DNA of 64,000 nucleotides from positions 2,400,737-2,464,736 of the forward strand of contig BFEA01000031.1 in assembly GCA_003427395.1 (NCBI GenBank), read 5' to 3'. Every line of letters begins with the position of its first letter. Position 1 is the stretch's first letter. This document shows, in pieces, positions 21,853 through 34,067 of this stretch. The position numbers and the translations under genes were made by a program. The stretch is from Chara braunii. Its lineage: Eukaryota; Plantae; Charophyceae. The notes beneath the pieces are model-generated. The model searched no databases and was not told where the DNA came from. It saw only the letters and a program-made list of their open reading frames with translations.

Positions 21853-23195
21853 TCTTTTACAGAAATTTTAAATTTTCTATCTTTTTGTTACATTTTGGGG
21901 CCTCAACGAAGGTCCTAACATTTTGCTGAGTATAATATCGGCAGGCGTTTTATTCCTACATACCGCCCGGGCATTATTTTTGGTTACCTCCGAGCCTGTT
22001 TTTTCCGACTCTGATTTTCACTGTGCGCCGAATTTTGCCAAGCCTGGGTTCCATTTTGTTATTTTTTTGGTACTCTACTGAAAAAAGAAAAAGAAAAAAA
22101 AACACGGCTTTTAAAAAGAAGAAGAACGGCGTTACAGAGACACTCTCACATCCAGGGGAAAAATAATAATAAAAGAAAGAAACTCAACACCCCTTTGGGC
22201 GTGATACGGGGTAGATACAGTATCCACAGTAGATGTCGGAGTATGCCCTCACTGAGGGCATCACAGCAGCCGTGTCAGGTCCGTGCTCGGAAGGGGAAAA
22301 AAAAAAAAAAAAAAGTCGAAACTGAACTTAGGGCAGGATAGCAGTTCGATACAGAATGCGAAGTACTAGTGTGGGCATGCCGTTCGTTACAAAGTGTCAG
22401 GCTGTCAGCAGCCCGTGAACTGCGCCCTGGCTCGCTGGCAGGGCCATGAAGGAAAACAAAATAGCAAAAAAAGAAAACACAAACACCAAACCCTGAAACT
22501 GGCCACAAAAGCAGTTAGATGCATGGCGGTGAGTGTTGATGGGAGCACAATTGTTCACGGCCTTTGGGCGAGAAATACGGACTGACGTGTATTCCATTTT
22601 TCCCAACACTGAGAAAGGTAGTGGTGGTTTAAGACAGTCCCATTTTCCTTAATGTATCTGACCACAATGACAGCCTCTCCTGATGAATCTGACAGCAATC
22701 AAGTGCAGAAAATGGTTGGAACAAGGCAGCGGCACGCCCTGTCCTATTGGGTGGGCCATGCCCCTTATAGTTAGGGCAGATCCACGCTAGCCCTTACTCT
22801 TTTTCGTTTTTTTTGGTTGGTGGTGGGGGGGATACAGCGTTGCTCTGCTGGAGAGGGAGATACGAGAATTTTTTTTGACAATTCGAATGGCATCCACAAC
22901 TCGAGCTATGTTATGAGGGCGGACGTCCGGGGACCGCCTGGATGTCCGACTTGTCCGATCGGACAACTGGGGCGACGCCTCCCAGAGACTGCATGTCCGA
23001 ACCCCCCCCACCCCCTGGCAAAAATAATAATAATAATATAAAAAGTTATTAAAAACAAATTCTATGGGCTCCCCGTCACATAAGCTGTATGATAAAAACA
23101 TTTCGGGTCATTTGAACCCGTAGAAACAAAGAAAAAAAAAATCGCCAAAGATGTCTTCGTCAATTTCAACCAAACAGGTCTATCTTATCAAGGGG

Positions 23196-23277
<82 letters not shown>

Positions 23278-23285
23278 NNNNNNNN

Positions 23286-23353
<68 letters not shown>

Positions 23354-23823
23354 GGACGAACGGATGGACGGACGGATGAACGGACGGACGGACGGACAAA
23401 CAGACAGACAGACAGAAAGAACGCCAGAGATTGCAATCGCATCAATTAAGTTCTCGGCCCATGATTTCTGCATTATTGCCTGATTTGCAATCCTGGGAAC
23501 GAGTGGACCACGAGTTGGTGTAACTTGTTAAAAGCGCGGACTCTAAATCCCCGACCGAATTCAAATTATCGGAAGTAGAAATTCTTTGTGTAAATTGTTA
23601 ACTCTTTTCACAATCTTAGTCATGGCTGCCCGCAGTGCCCGCAAACGATCCTAATCCATGTCCTCATTCACCACCAGAATTGAATCTTGGCTTCTGATCA
23701 GCTTCACAACCTCCAGCTGAATCTCCAAGACCTCCATCCTCCCACTTCTATACATCCCCTGCTGCTGCATTGGCCGCTGTCTATATAGTATATGCCATAT
23801 GGTATGCATAGCTTATTACTGTG

Positions 23824-23923
23824 TCAGATCCATGGTGTCCAGCCCTCATACATATTGCACAGATTGTCGATGCTTGTTGCCTGTCGGATAAGATGATCCA
23901 CATGGTCCTTGACGGAAAACCTC
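23824..23923 (-). CDS. SMG1: SMG1 last exon, FATC domain
   Basis: ttgcag acceptor; ..[22 protein letters not shown]. Confidence 0.95.
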
Positions 23924-26900
23924 CTGCAAAACAGAAAAGTTGAGAAAACACGCAGAAGGATATATAAGCAGTGATTCTTGTTTTCATTTCTTTTCTTTCA
24001 TCACGAATCATCAGCGTTGAAACAATTGCAATGTCAGTCAGAAGCCAACATCATAAAGAATATTGAGAGTTTGAACCGTAAAGAGTTGAGCGTTAAATAT
24101 TATCCACAGAGATCTTCCCCCGCTAGCATCTGCACAAGACTAAGGGGGGCGCTCGCCGCACCTCTTTGCCAAACGCCAACATTTTGAATGTATCAGGACG
24201 AACGACTGGTCCAGATGCCTTCAAAATGTTGGTGTTTGGCGAATGGTGCGGTGAGCCCCTGACGCTCGTTTGCGAATGTCCATCATACCTTACCTTCATA
24301 GGGTAGTTGTTTGGGCGTGTGCAAGCGTGGGGTAGAAGCGGGGGAGAGGGGAGAGGAGGGGATGCATGTGGTGGTCTACGAGCAGTGTTTATAGCCTGCA
24401 GAGATTGCACCGTTAGGTCCATTACAGTTGCCCGACCATTTTTCGCAACAGGAATGCGTAGGCTATGTGCACCTGCCCAGACTGGAAAGTGCATATTAAG
24501 GAAAAAACAAAGAATGAATCAAGCTTGCACTCAAAACCAGCAGAATAATCACTTCAATGAAGTTCAATCCAACGAGTTCGCACTCAAAACCAGCAGCAGA
24601 ATCACTTCAAGAACATACATAACGAAATCTGACGACATATGTGGTTGTCTTTGTTCACAGAGCCTTCTTTGCATTTGTCCCTACAATGTCTTATAAGTAA
24701 TAATCCTTGTTGTTTCATGATATAAGCTCCGGCGGGGGTCAGTTAGATGAGAGGAGAGGAAAATGCGGAAATTGTGGAGGGGTCGGGAAGGGGTTGATCT
24801 GTCTAGTGAGATGAGTACCTGGCGTTATCGACTTCAATGCCTTCCAGCTTTGCATTCACTCTTTTCAAAACCGCCACAGCATACTCATTTCGCTCTTCGT
24901 GATCCAATAGTCGGTGTAGTAGGTTCACAAGCAAAGCAAGCACCACCAAACAACCAGAGGACATCTTGCAATCAGAGATCACCCAATCCAATCGAGTACT
25001 ACCTCCAAGTTATAAATGAAACTCGCACCACAAAACGGCTACAGCCTTACGCCCGGGTGTTAGATTCAAGAAGTTGATTCATCTTACCATCGAAAAGACG
25101 TGTACTTCCTCCCCCCCCCCCCCCCACTTACCGTCCCTTCACATACATCACGCGGGAGTTATATTTGAATAGAATGTCTGGGGGTTATACTTCAATGTGA
25201 TATTGGTAGAATGCCCGTAGGGGGGTGGAAGGGGCCTGAGGGGGTATATACATGAAGTTTGAAGGGGGGTCGAAAGGGGTTTTAGCTTTTAACTTCAAAG
25301 GCGTGTGCCTTAGCTTAGATTGTTTCTTTTTTTTTTTTTTTAAATCTAACTAAGACTAACTTCAAATTAGTGAGAAAAATTCTGAAGTGACTTAATAGAA
25401 GTTAATTCCTGATGCCTGCTAACAAATGATCGGCTAATAGACAACACGTTTGGAACAAAAAGGGTTGGCACTTCCCTGGTGCAGGCTATGCATAGAATCC
25501 TTGCCTTCCAGAAAATGGCCTGAAACCATAGGACGTATGTTTCTGCAGTGCGCAGCAGCGATATGGCTGTAGAGATGGTGGGACCGCCTCTGGAGACGAA
25601 TAGGCGCCTCACGGCCATGACCTTGGGACTGGAGAGCGCTTCTCTGCGAAGCATGGGCCCCAGTACAGGCCACCACCTTTGAGAAGAACATGTTTAAAGT
25701 GGGACGCCGTGCCCATTATCTGGGCTACCTGTCGGCGTCGGTGCACATTGGAAATGGAAGGGGTATGCCGCCGGGATGGTACGGAGTTTATTAACTCGAT
25801 AAATGAACAAGTACAAGAAGATATTACTATCCAATGGGAAAGAGTCGAACAGAAGACATCTTTTTTACACTCTAAAGTTCTAAACAGGAAATCAGACAAA
25901 TCATTGAGAGCTTCTCAAAAGACTGGCTGGGCGGGGAACAAGGAGGGTGGATTGCAAGGGTGGAGTGGAAAGGGAGGGAGAGGAGGGGGGGGGGGATGTT
26001 GTAGGAGACGGGGAAAGAGATTACCATCTATGTTTTCAAGAGTGGAGGAAGATTGACCCCTCCTCCCCGACTCGGCCCGCTTCGGATTTTGTCGACCTTA
26101 CCTTTTCCCTCCCCCACCTCAGGCTTTGGTAGGCATGGATTGGTATGGGGGGTAGTGGATAAAATGGGTGTTCTGGGATATACCCAGAAAAGTCTATCCT
26201 TCTAAACGGGGTCGAAGGTCTGCTGGATGGCACAAGAGAGGGGGCAAGAAGGAACTGCAGTTATAGCCTTCATCCAAGACTAAACGGAGGTAAAATAGGC
26301 TGGTGAGGGGAGGGGGGAGGGAGGAACTTGTTTGTAGATGTAGGTATCTGGCGCCTGGTTCAGGGCGAAGAGGTTCCCCCCCTAACCCCTAAAACTTCCT
26401 GCTCAGTCAATCCCTTGGTCTCCAAGGTAATCAATGCTGGAAGAAGTCTCCCACTTGCTTTCCTTTCCAAGTTCTGTTCCAGATTCGGTCTGTGTAAGGG
26501 ACGCTGGACCCGTTTTCCAGCAGGTGAAGCTCCCCACCAATAGATGGAGCCTCTCCCCAGGTGCCAGTGGTGTCTGCTCTTACCAGCATCACTAGCACTG
26601 AAGAGGGCGGTTGAGCAGCATAATTGGTTGAACGATGAGATCCTTTAAATCCCACTGAACAAGAAGAGGACCAAGATTTGATGTCTCCGAAAGAATCTCT
26701 TATGGTACACCAATAGATGGAGCCTCTCCCCAGACGCTAGTGGTGTCTGCTCTTATCAGCATCACTAACCCCGGTGTTACTTTGAAGTTGATTGAATGTA
26801 AGCAATACTGTGTTTTGTTTGCATGACATTTTTTACAATGTTTTTATGGAAAATAACCGCAGTTCTTTTTTTCAGATTGGGGAACCTGATGTATACGAGC

Positions 26901-26934
26901 CTATTACGAGGCATATTACACAGCATAATTTTAG

Positions 26935-27006
<72 letters not shown>

Positions 27007-28614
27007 GCCATGCACTTTTCAACCAACGTTGGGGCTGTCGACATACTGACACACTGCCTTATCTCTACTTTGCACTCAAAAGCACACAAATCTCCACCTG
27101 CCGTCCGTCCGATTTGTTGGAGTTACACACAGCGAAACCACCTTTCCTGATCTGCACCTTGCACAACATCTCACCGACCTTCGGTTACGGACCTGCACAG
27201 CAGGCCCCCTCATAAGCCTCTTGCAAGTACTACAATGGCCTCCCGCTCACTTAGCTACACCCTTCAAGGTGTGATAAAGTCCCTGCGCAGTAAGGATAAT
27301 GAGCTTTATCAAGAAAGTGGTGTACGGCGTTGCTGGATCGTGCAAAGTGCTGAGGAAGTCGTTCTCGATCTCAAGCAGAATGCACAATCCCTTCGAGGCT
27401 GTACACCGCATACAGCAGACTTTACAACTATGTACACGAACCTGCCACACGACAGGATTCTTAACAATGTTCTGAATGCTGTTCGTGAAGCACATGATTA
27501 TGCTTCGGGGCGGATCTCACAGGGCAGAAGGCCAGTACAGATGTACATGACCGTGGGAGGTCCTCATTGTGGGGAGTGGGTTGCTTCACATGGGTCAGAC
27601 ACCCTCTCGGTGCCAGAAATAGAGCAACATCTGCGGTTCGTGGTCTCTAATACTTATCTTTATATGAGGGATGACACTCTGCGCCATCAGGTGGTCGGTA
27701 TCCCTATGGGCACTAACGTCGGACCAGAAATTGCCAACCTCACGCTTTGTTGGGATGAAGCACAGTTCATTGATGAGCTTCGTCAGCAAGATCTGCATGC
27801 TGCGAAAGGATATGCATTCACATTCCGGTTCATTTGTGACATTCTATCCTGGAAGACATCACCACCGTCTCCTGCTCGGTATGGTCTTGAGTGGAAAGAC
27901 ACTAACTACCGAGCAAGATGGGTCATGTCTTTTCCTTGGGGCAAGAATCCTGGTTCGGCCTGATGGCTCATTTCGCATTGACGTATTTGAAAAGGCCGAG
28001 GCCTGAACGTTCCCTGTCATATGTTATCCCAGTGCTTCCTCCAATGCCCCGGCTCATCAGCCTGCAGGTGTGCTCACGGGACAAGTAACGAGATTCAAAC
28101 ATATATGTAACAATACCACCGACTTCAAAGCGTCAGTGACTTCCCTGACACGACGTATGCTTGTCAGGGGCCATCCTCCCAGTGTCCTGGCTAGAGGCTA
28201 GACTGCATATGTGCATGGGCAGCAGCGCCAGCTACCGACTCATGTCATACGATTTTCGAACTGGTTTCACCGCATGGTTCGCTGGGCAATTGCTCACCCA
28301 CTCCCGAAAGCTGATTCTGTGCGCAGGTCCTCCACCCAACCCCACAGAAGAGACCACCACTCACCGCCTGACACCAACGTTGACCGCAGCCAGCATCAGC
28401 CCTCCACACAATCAAATGCAGCCGGCCCGCCTTCCCCTGTTATCCCTACTGACATGGCAGACGCTAATGTGGATACGCCAACTCAGCCAGAGACCATGCC
28501 AGCCGCAATAAACAATGTAAACGTTACCGAAGTGGCTGTGTAAGGGATGAAGGCCAGCATCCTACCAATACGGCGACTGTTGCTGCTGCTGCTGAAGCCT
28601 CCACAACCACAGCC

Positions 28615-28662
<48 letters not shown>

Positions 28663-31600
28663 CCATCACTGCCATCATCATCAGCACCACCACCACCATC
28701 ATCACCGCCACCCCCACCGACGCCCTCTATTGCAGCATCCTCTCAGTCATCTGCCTCTTCTTCTTCTTCCTCTTCCCTCTTCTTCTTCTTCCTCTTCCCC
28801 TACTTCTTCCTCTTCTCCTTCTTCCTCCCCTCCCTCTGATACTTCCTCATCATCGACATCATCATCAATGAACTCATGGTCAGATCGGCCGTCACAAAGG
28901 TCCTGTCGGCCGAGGCATCCGCTGTCAGATTGATCGTTACATATACCTCTTTGGCGGAGACGTTCCCCATCTCCACCACAGCCTCCCAGACAGCGGCCTC
29001 CTTTGTCGTTGAATGACATGATCAAGATCTGCTCCGACGACATGCTCACAACCGTATGGAACGACATCGTCGCTTTCAATATACACTAGCGAGGAATAGT
29101 GCACATTGAGTCCGATGCCCACAATGTGGCAATGATTTCTTCAGTGCTGCAGGCTTGTGAGCGCACCAGACACGAGGTGCAGGTACTTGTGCAGCATTTG
29201 CACGGCTAGCAGCCGCCCTGAGCACAAGTGTGGCTGATCAGCTCCTGATTCCCACATCTGGTCCACCCAGTTCTCACCCACCTGACCCGCCCCTCTCCCA
29301 TCCACCTAGCACCGTGCCATCTGCCCGGAGGACGACAGCACTGCACGTGGTGTGAACATAGAAGTCCTGGCTATGGCATTTATAGATAGGCGACTGCAAT
29401 TCCAGCCTGCTCCGCAAAACCACTTGCCAGGCAGGGATCCGAATATTCGGGCATATATCTTATATCGTCCAGGTCATTTCAGTGCTCTTACCTTTGCAGA
29501 TAATTCACAGACCCTGTGGGACAATGGCGGTAGGGTGCACACAGTGGGAATATTAAATCTTTCTATCACCAAGTGCTGGAGGATCATTTAAGTCTGGCTC
29601 ATCCATAAGGAACAGTATGTCGTTGAGCACTTGCAAGCACTGCACCCCCCGGAGAGCAATCTGGCTGATTCTACCACAAACAGTGAAAAGACCTCTCCAG
29701 AGGATGGTGGCTGCGCCCTCCCATTTGCGAGGATTCTGAGTCCTCGGCACGCTGAAGGGGCCCTGTTGCAAATGTGGCCGCCCTAAGTGAAGGCGGGCCT
29801 AACAAATCACGAGAGGCCCTAAGCTGTGAATATCGTATTTGGGGTCCAGGCAGTTTCGTCGCGCCAGTTAGTTGAGGGAAACACAGGCCGAGCAGCGAGA
29901 CATTCCACGGCCTTCCAGGCCTTTCCAAGATAATGCAGGCGCTGGACGAGAATTGCAGGCTCATACAAAGACAGTTCGGAGGCCCAACCGAATGAGGCCC
30001 AGTAGCTGTAACAGAGGCGCAGCATCCTGGGGCCTACCGGAAGCTTCTGGGCCCAGGCCCAGGCCAGCCAGGCTGCGAAGGCACGCAGGCTCTTTCCATA
30101 TAGGAAAGAGCCCGCTGCCTGAAGCCTCATTCAGCACTTGCATGCTGGCGGCAACGCTGCTGGAGCGGAAGCTCGTGGGCTGCTACTGGCGCTGAGAGGC
30201 AAGGTGCTAGCGTGTGCGGTCGTGCAGGGAACAGGGCGCTGCTGAGGGCAGTGCCATAGCCCAGCCTCCATAGCTGGACGGGCTTGGACTACAGTGAGGC
30301 GCAGGGGTGGTCTTCGGGTGTACAGGGGGAAGACGTGGGTGTAAGTCAGGGAAGAGAGAGAAGGATGATGATGATGATGATGTGAGGGCACATACCTGGT
30401 ATTGGCGATGGTCTGCATTTGGGCGACATCTTCAAGTACTTTGTGGGCTGCTGACGTCAACAGTTGCATTGCCAATTAGTAGGCAGACTGTAGCTGTGTA
30501 GGAAGTAGGCTGGGCCGAGCGCCAAGTAGGGAGATAGGGCCTGGACACTCATGTTGGTGGTGGCTAGAGCAAGCTCTCATTGACATTGGTTTTCAGTGTT
30601 ACGATTCTTCATTGGTGTTATATCCGTGCATTTCTGCTTTCTGGACACTGTGATACTATCTGGCCTTCAATGTGATTGTGTACTCTGGACATTGTCATCT
30701 CGCTATTGCTCATTTTCCTTGCACATTCATCTGATCAGACTTTTTTTAGTTCATCTGATTCCTTCAGGATTTCAACTTGGTCTGTTGATAAACATGTACA
30801 TGGGGGTTTACCATTTTTACCATTTAGCCACACAAGCAGCTCACCTCTTTTCACATGCGTACCCTGACCTGCAGCCACGCCTGCAGGCTCAAGCGGACTT
30901 CCTGTGCTTCCGCCGCCACTTCGCCCTTTGCTCTGTCGCTGGCCGCCAATCGCACCACCAGTATCTAGTACCGTGCTCCGCCCACTCCCGCTGGCTAATC
31001 CAAAACCTCCAACACCGAGAGCAAAACCAGGGATGCTGCCTCCACTTGGCTGCGACTGCCATCATCAGAAAAATAGTCAAAAGGTTTATGAACTATATAT
31101 ATAATCACAAAACGAAATGGAAATAATGAAGGGATGAAGTTATAAAGCTCACAATGTTCTCATAAACACAAAATAATAACCACGCAGTAGCGTACCCGTC
31201 TTGCTTGACAATGCTTTGCTTTCTCGATTTTGTTCGGAATATCCAAGCCCCATGCTTCTACAAGGCAAGATGTCCAATGACGCCGCCATTAGTGAATGTG
31301 GTGAGAATTCACATGGGGATCAAACATGTATCAGGCTGATGCCCCACTGGTTCTGTTCTTGCTATGAAAGCATGAACCTGGACACTAGCTATTAGGCGGG
31401 CTCATGCCTTCCAAGCATGAACATAGCACCCGCGGGGCCTGACCCTCAATATGCCGCTGGAACTCGGCTTTTCTATGCAAGCCAAGCTGGCTTGGCATGA
31501 ACCTGCACAGTGTCAAGGCCAGGTTCATCCCTTCCAAGCATGAACATAGCACCTGTGAGGCCTGACCCTCGATGTCACTGCAACTTGACTTTCCTATGCA

Positions 31601-34011
31601 AGCATGCTCGCTTGGCATGAAATGAACCTGGACACTAGTATGGTCAGGTTCGATCCTTCAAAGCGTCAACATAACACCAGTGGGACCTGACCCTCAATGC
31701 CGCCGCAAGTTTGGCTTTCTTTCTATGGGAACCAAACTCGCTTCGCCACCATTCCCATCCTCCTGGGACCATCAGCACGCTGCAGGTCACAGAATATGAA
31801 CAGGGCTTCATGACAGATCGTGGTGGCGCTTTGAGTCGACCCCCATGGGAAACCCACAGGGGAATAGGGTCCCTGGACCCAGTGAAACTGTGGGACTCTG
31901 AATGCAAATAGGTGCCAGAAAGCAAGTAGAGCTCGAGAGTCGAGTGCTGGATAAATAATCGTTAACAACTTCACTGCAATAGAATGCCTGCCGGCCAGTC
32001 GTTATCGATGTACTTCAACATCTGTTTTGGTTCTTTGGTCGGTATGGCTCGGTATGGCCACCTTAGAGAGTAATCTCTAAAGAAGAGTGTCGGTGTTTTT
32101 TTCATCAGCTGCTTCTGAAATTTCGGAGGCTCAGGGCTACCAGACCACAATGGCTGGCAGAACCAGCCAGAAAAGAAAAAGGTGTGCCACTGGCAGTTTG
32201 GCAAAGCTTGCCACACTGTGCCGCGCCGCCAGGCCCGGGTGTACTGGTGGTTTAAGCAACGCATCTCACTGAAATAGTGAGATGGAAAGAAAGCGGCAAG
32301 CCACTCAGTCTTTGTCTTCTTTCAATTCCACTTGGCTTGCTGGATTGACCGATGAACGATGCACCAAACACAGCCAGAATGACCGTGTGTTCTATTCGGG
32401 TGAAGACGGTAGTTCGCATTGTTCAAAGAGCAGCTTGCACAAATCCGATCGGACTTCCGACCCCATCCGTTCTGAGGATGCCAACAGAGGGCTTGAAGGT
32501 TCAGAACGTAGTTGTCTGGTCAGCAGGGTTGCATACCTGCCGACCGCCGACTCCGACCGCTGATCGTATTGAGGCCGACCAGTAGGGCCGGCCGGTCGGC
32601 GGTCTGCCAACCAGTCAGAAAACAACCATCCACTGATTGTTTTTCAAATCTGAGTTNATCGTATTGAGGCCGACCAGTAGGGCCGGCCGGTCGGCGGTCT
32701 GCCAACCAGTCAGAAAACAACCATCCACTGATTGTTTTTCAAATCTGAGTTAGTGGCTGTAATGCGCTTGCTGAGTACAGCCCAAATCAGCTGAGAAACT
32801 TTTGGGGGTGGCAGGGGGTATGGGGGGGGCGGAGGGGGGGGGGATAGGGGGTATTGGGGGGGGTTATGAGGGGGTTGGGGGCGTTTGGGGGGCTGTATGG
32901 GGGTATTGGGGGCCGGTATGGGGGTATTGGGGGCCGGTATGGGGGTCTTGGTGGGGTTATTAAGGGTTCTGAATGCAAAAAAAAAGAAAGCCGACGATCC
33001 CCGACCGGTAGGTGCCGACCAGTCAAGGGCCGCCAATTTTTATTTTTTTTTGCGGGGTGCTGACGATCCCCAACCGGTAGGTGCCGACCAGTCCCTCCTA
33101 CTCCTACATCATCCCAGTCCAAGGCTCCCGTCGATTAGAATCTTAGGGCCCGTAGGATCAGGCGTTGCAGGCCGGTAGTCTACAGTACCGTCTGCTGGTC
33201 AGGCAAAAGCCCATAGTGAATGAATTCACAAAGGGTCCTACTGACTCCTACTGCTACATCATCCCATTCCAAGGCTCCCGTCGATTAGAATCTTAGGGCC
33301 TGTAGGATCAGGCGTCGCAGGCCGGTAGTCTACAGTACCGTACAGTACCTGTAGGAGCATGTCAAGTTCCCAAAAGTACAATTTTGCAGCAGCCTCACAA
33401 GAAAGTTGGGAACTTTCCCAAAATAGCAGTTTGGCAAGGCAGAGGCCAAAGGAGGCCAGTACCGGATTAAAGCAGGCACAAAACAGTCCACTGCAACTAT
33501 ATATCTTGGACTACAGTGCCAAAGGAGTCGGTTGTTCTTTTCGTAAATTCGTGGAAGCACAGCTAGAGCTTGTGCGAAGTAGCGACCTGGACGAAGAATA
33601 GCGTTGACGGGAGAAGAAGACCAGCGCCCAATGGCTGCCAAAGACCACCATAGCCAGGAGAGGGAAGACACAGTGCTCGTCGGTCATAACCGCCCGTTTG
33701 TTGAGAGGCACGCTGCAGGAGGCATTCAGGGTAGAGCTAGGACATAGGGAAGAGAGGAACAGTAGCGGGGAGCATCAAGGGTGAACAGTGCNNNNNNNNN
33801 NNNNNNNNNNNNNNNNNNNNNNNNNNNNNNNNNNNNNNNNNNNNNNNNNNNNNNNNNNNNNNNNNNNNNNNNNNNNNNNNNNNNNNNNNNNNNNNNNNNN
33901 NNNNNNNNNNNNNNNNNNNNNNNNNNNNNNNNNNNNNNNNNNNNNNNNNNNNNNNNNNNNNNNNNNNNNNNNNNNNNNNNNNNNNNNNNNNNNNNNNNNN
34001 NNNNNNNNNNN

Positions 34012-34067
<56 letters not shown>

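Noticed and set aside
25505-25643. Candidate SMG1 exon on - with an AG acceptor and GC donor
   Set aside because: The + strand encodes an L1 zf-RVT segment here, and exon 30869-31055 already supplies the required phase.
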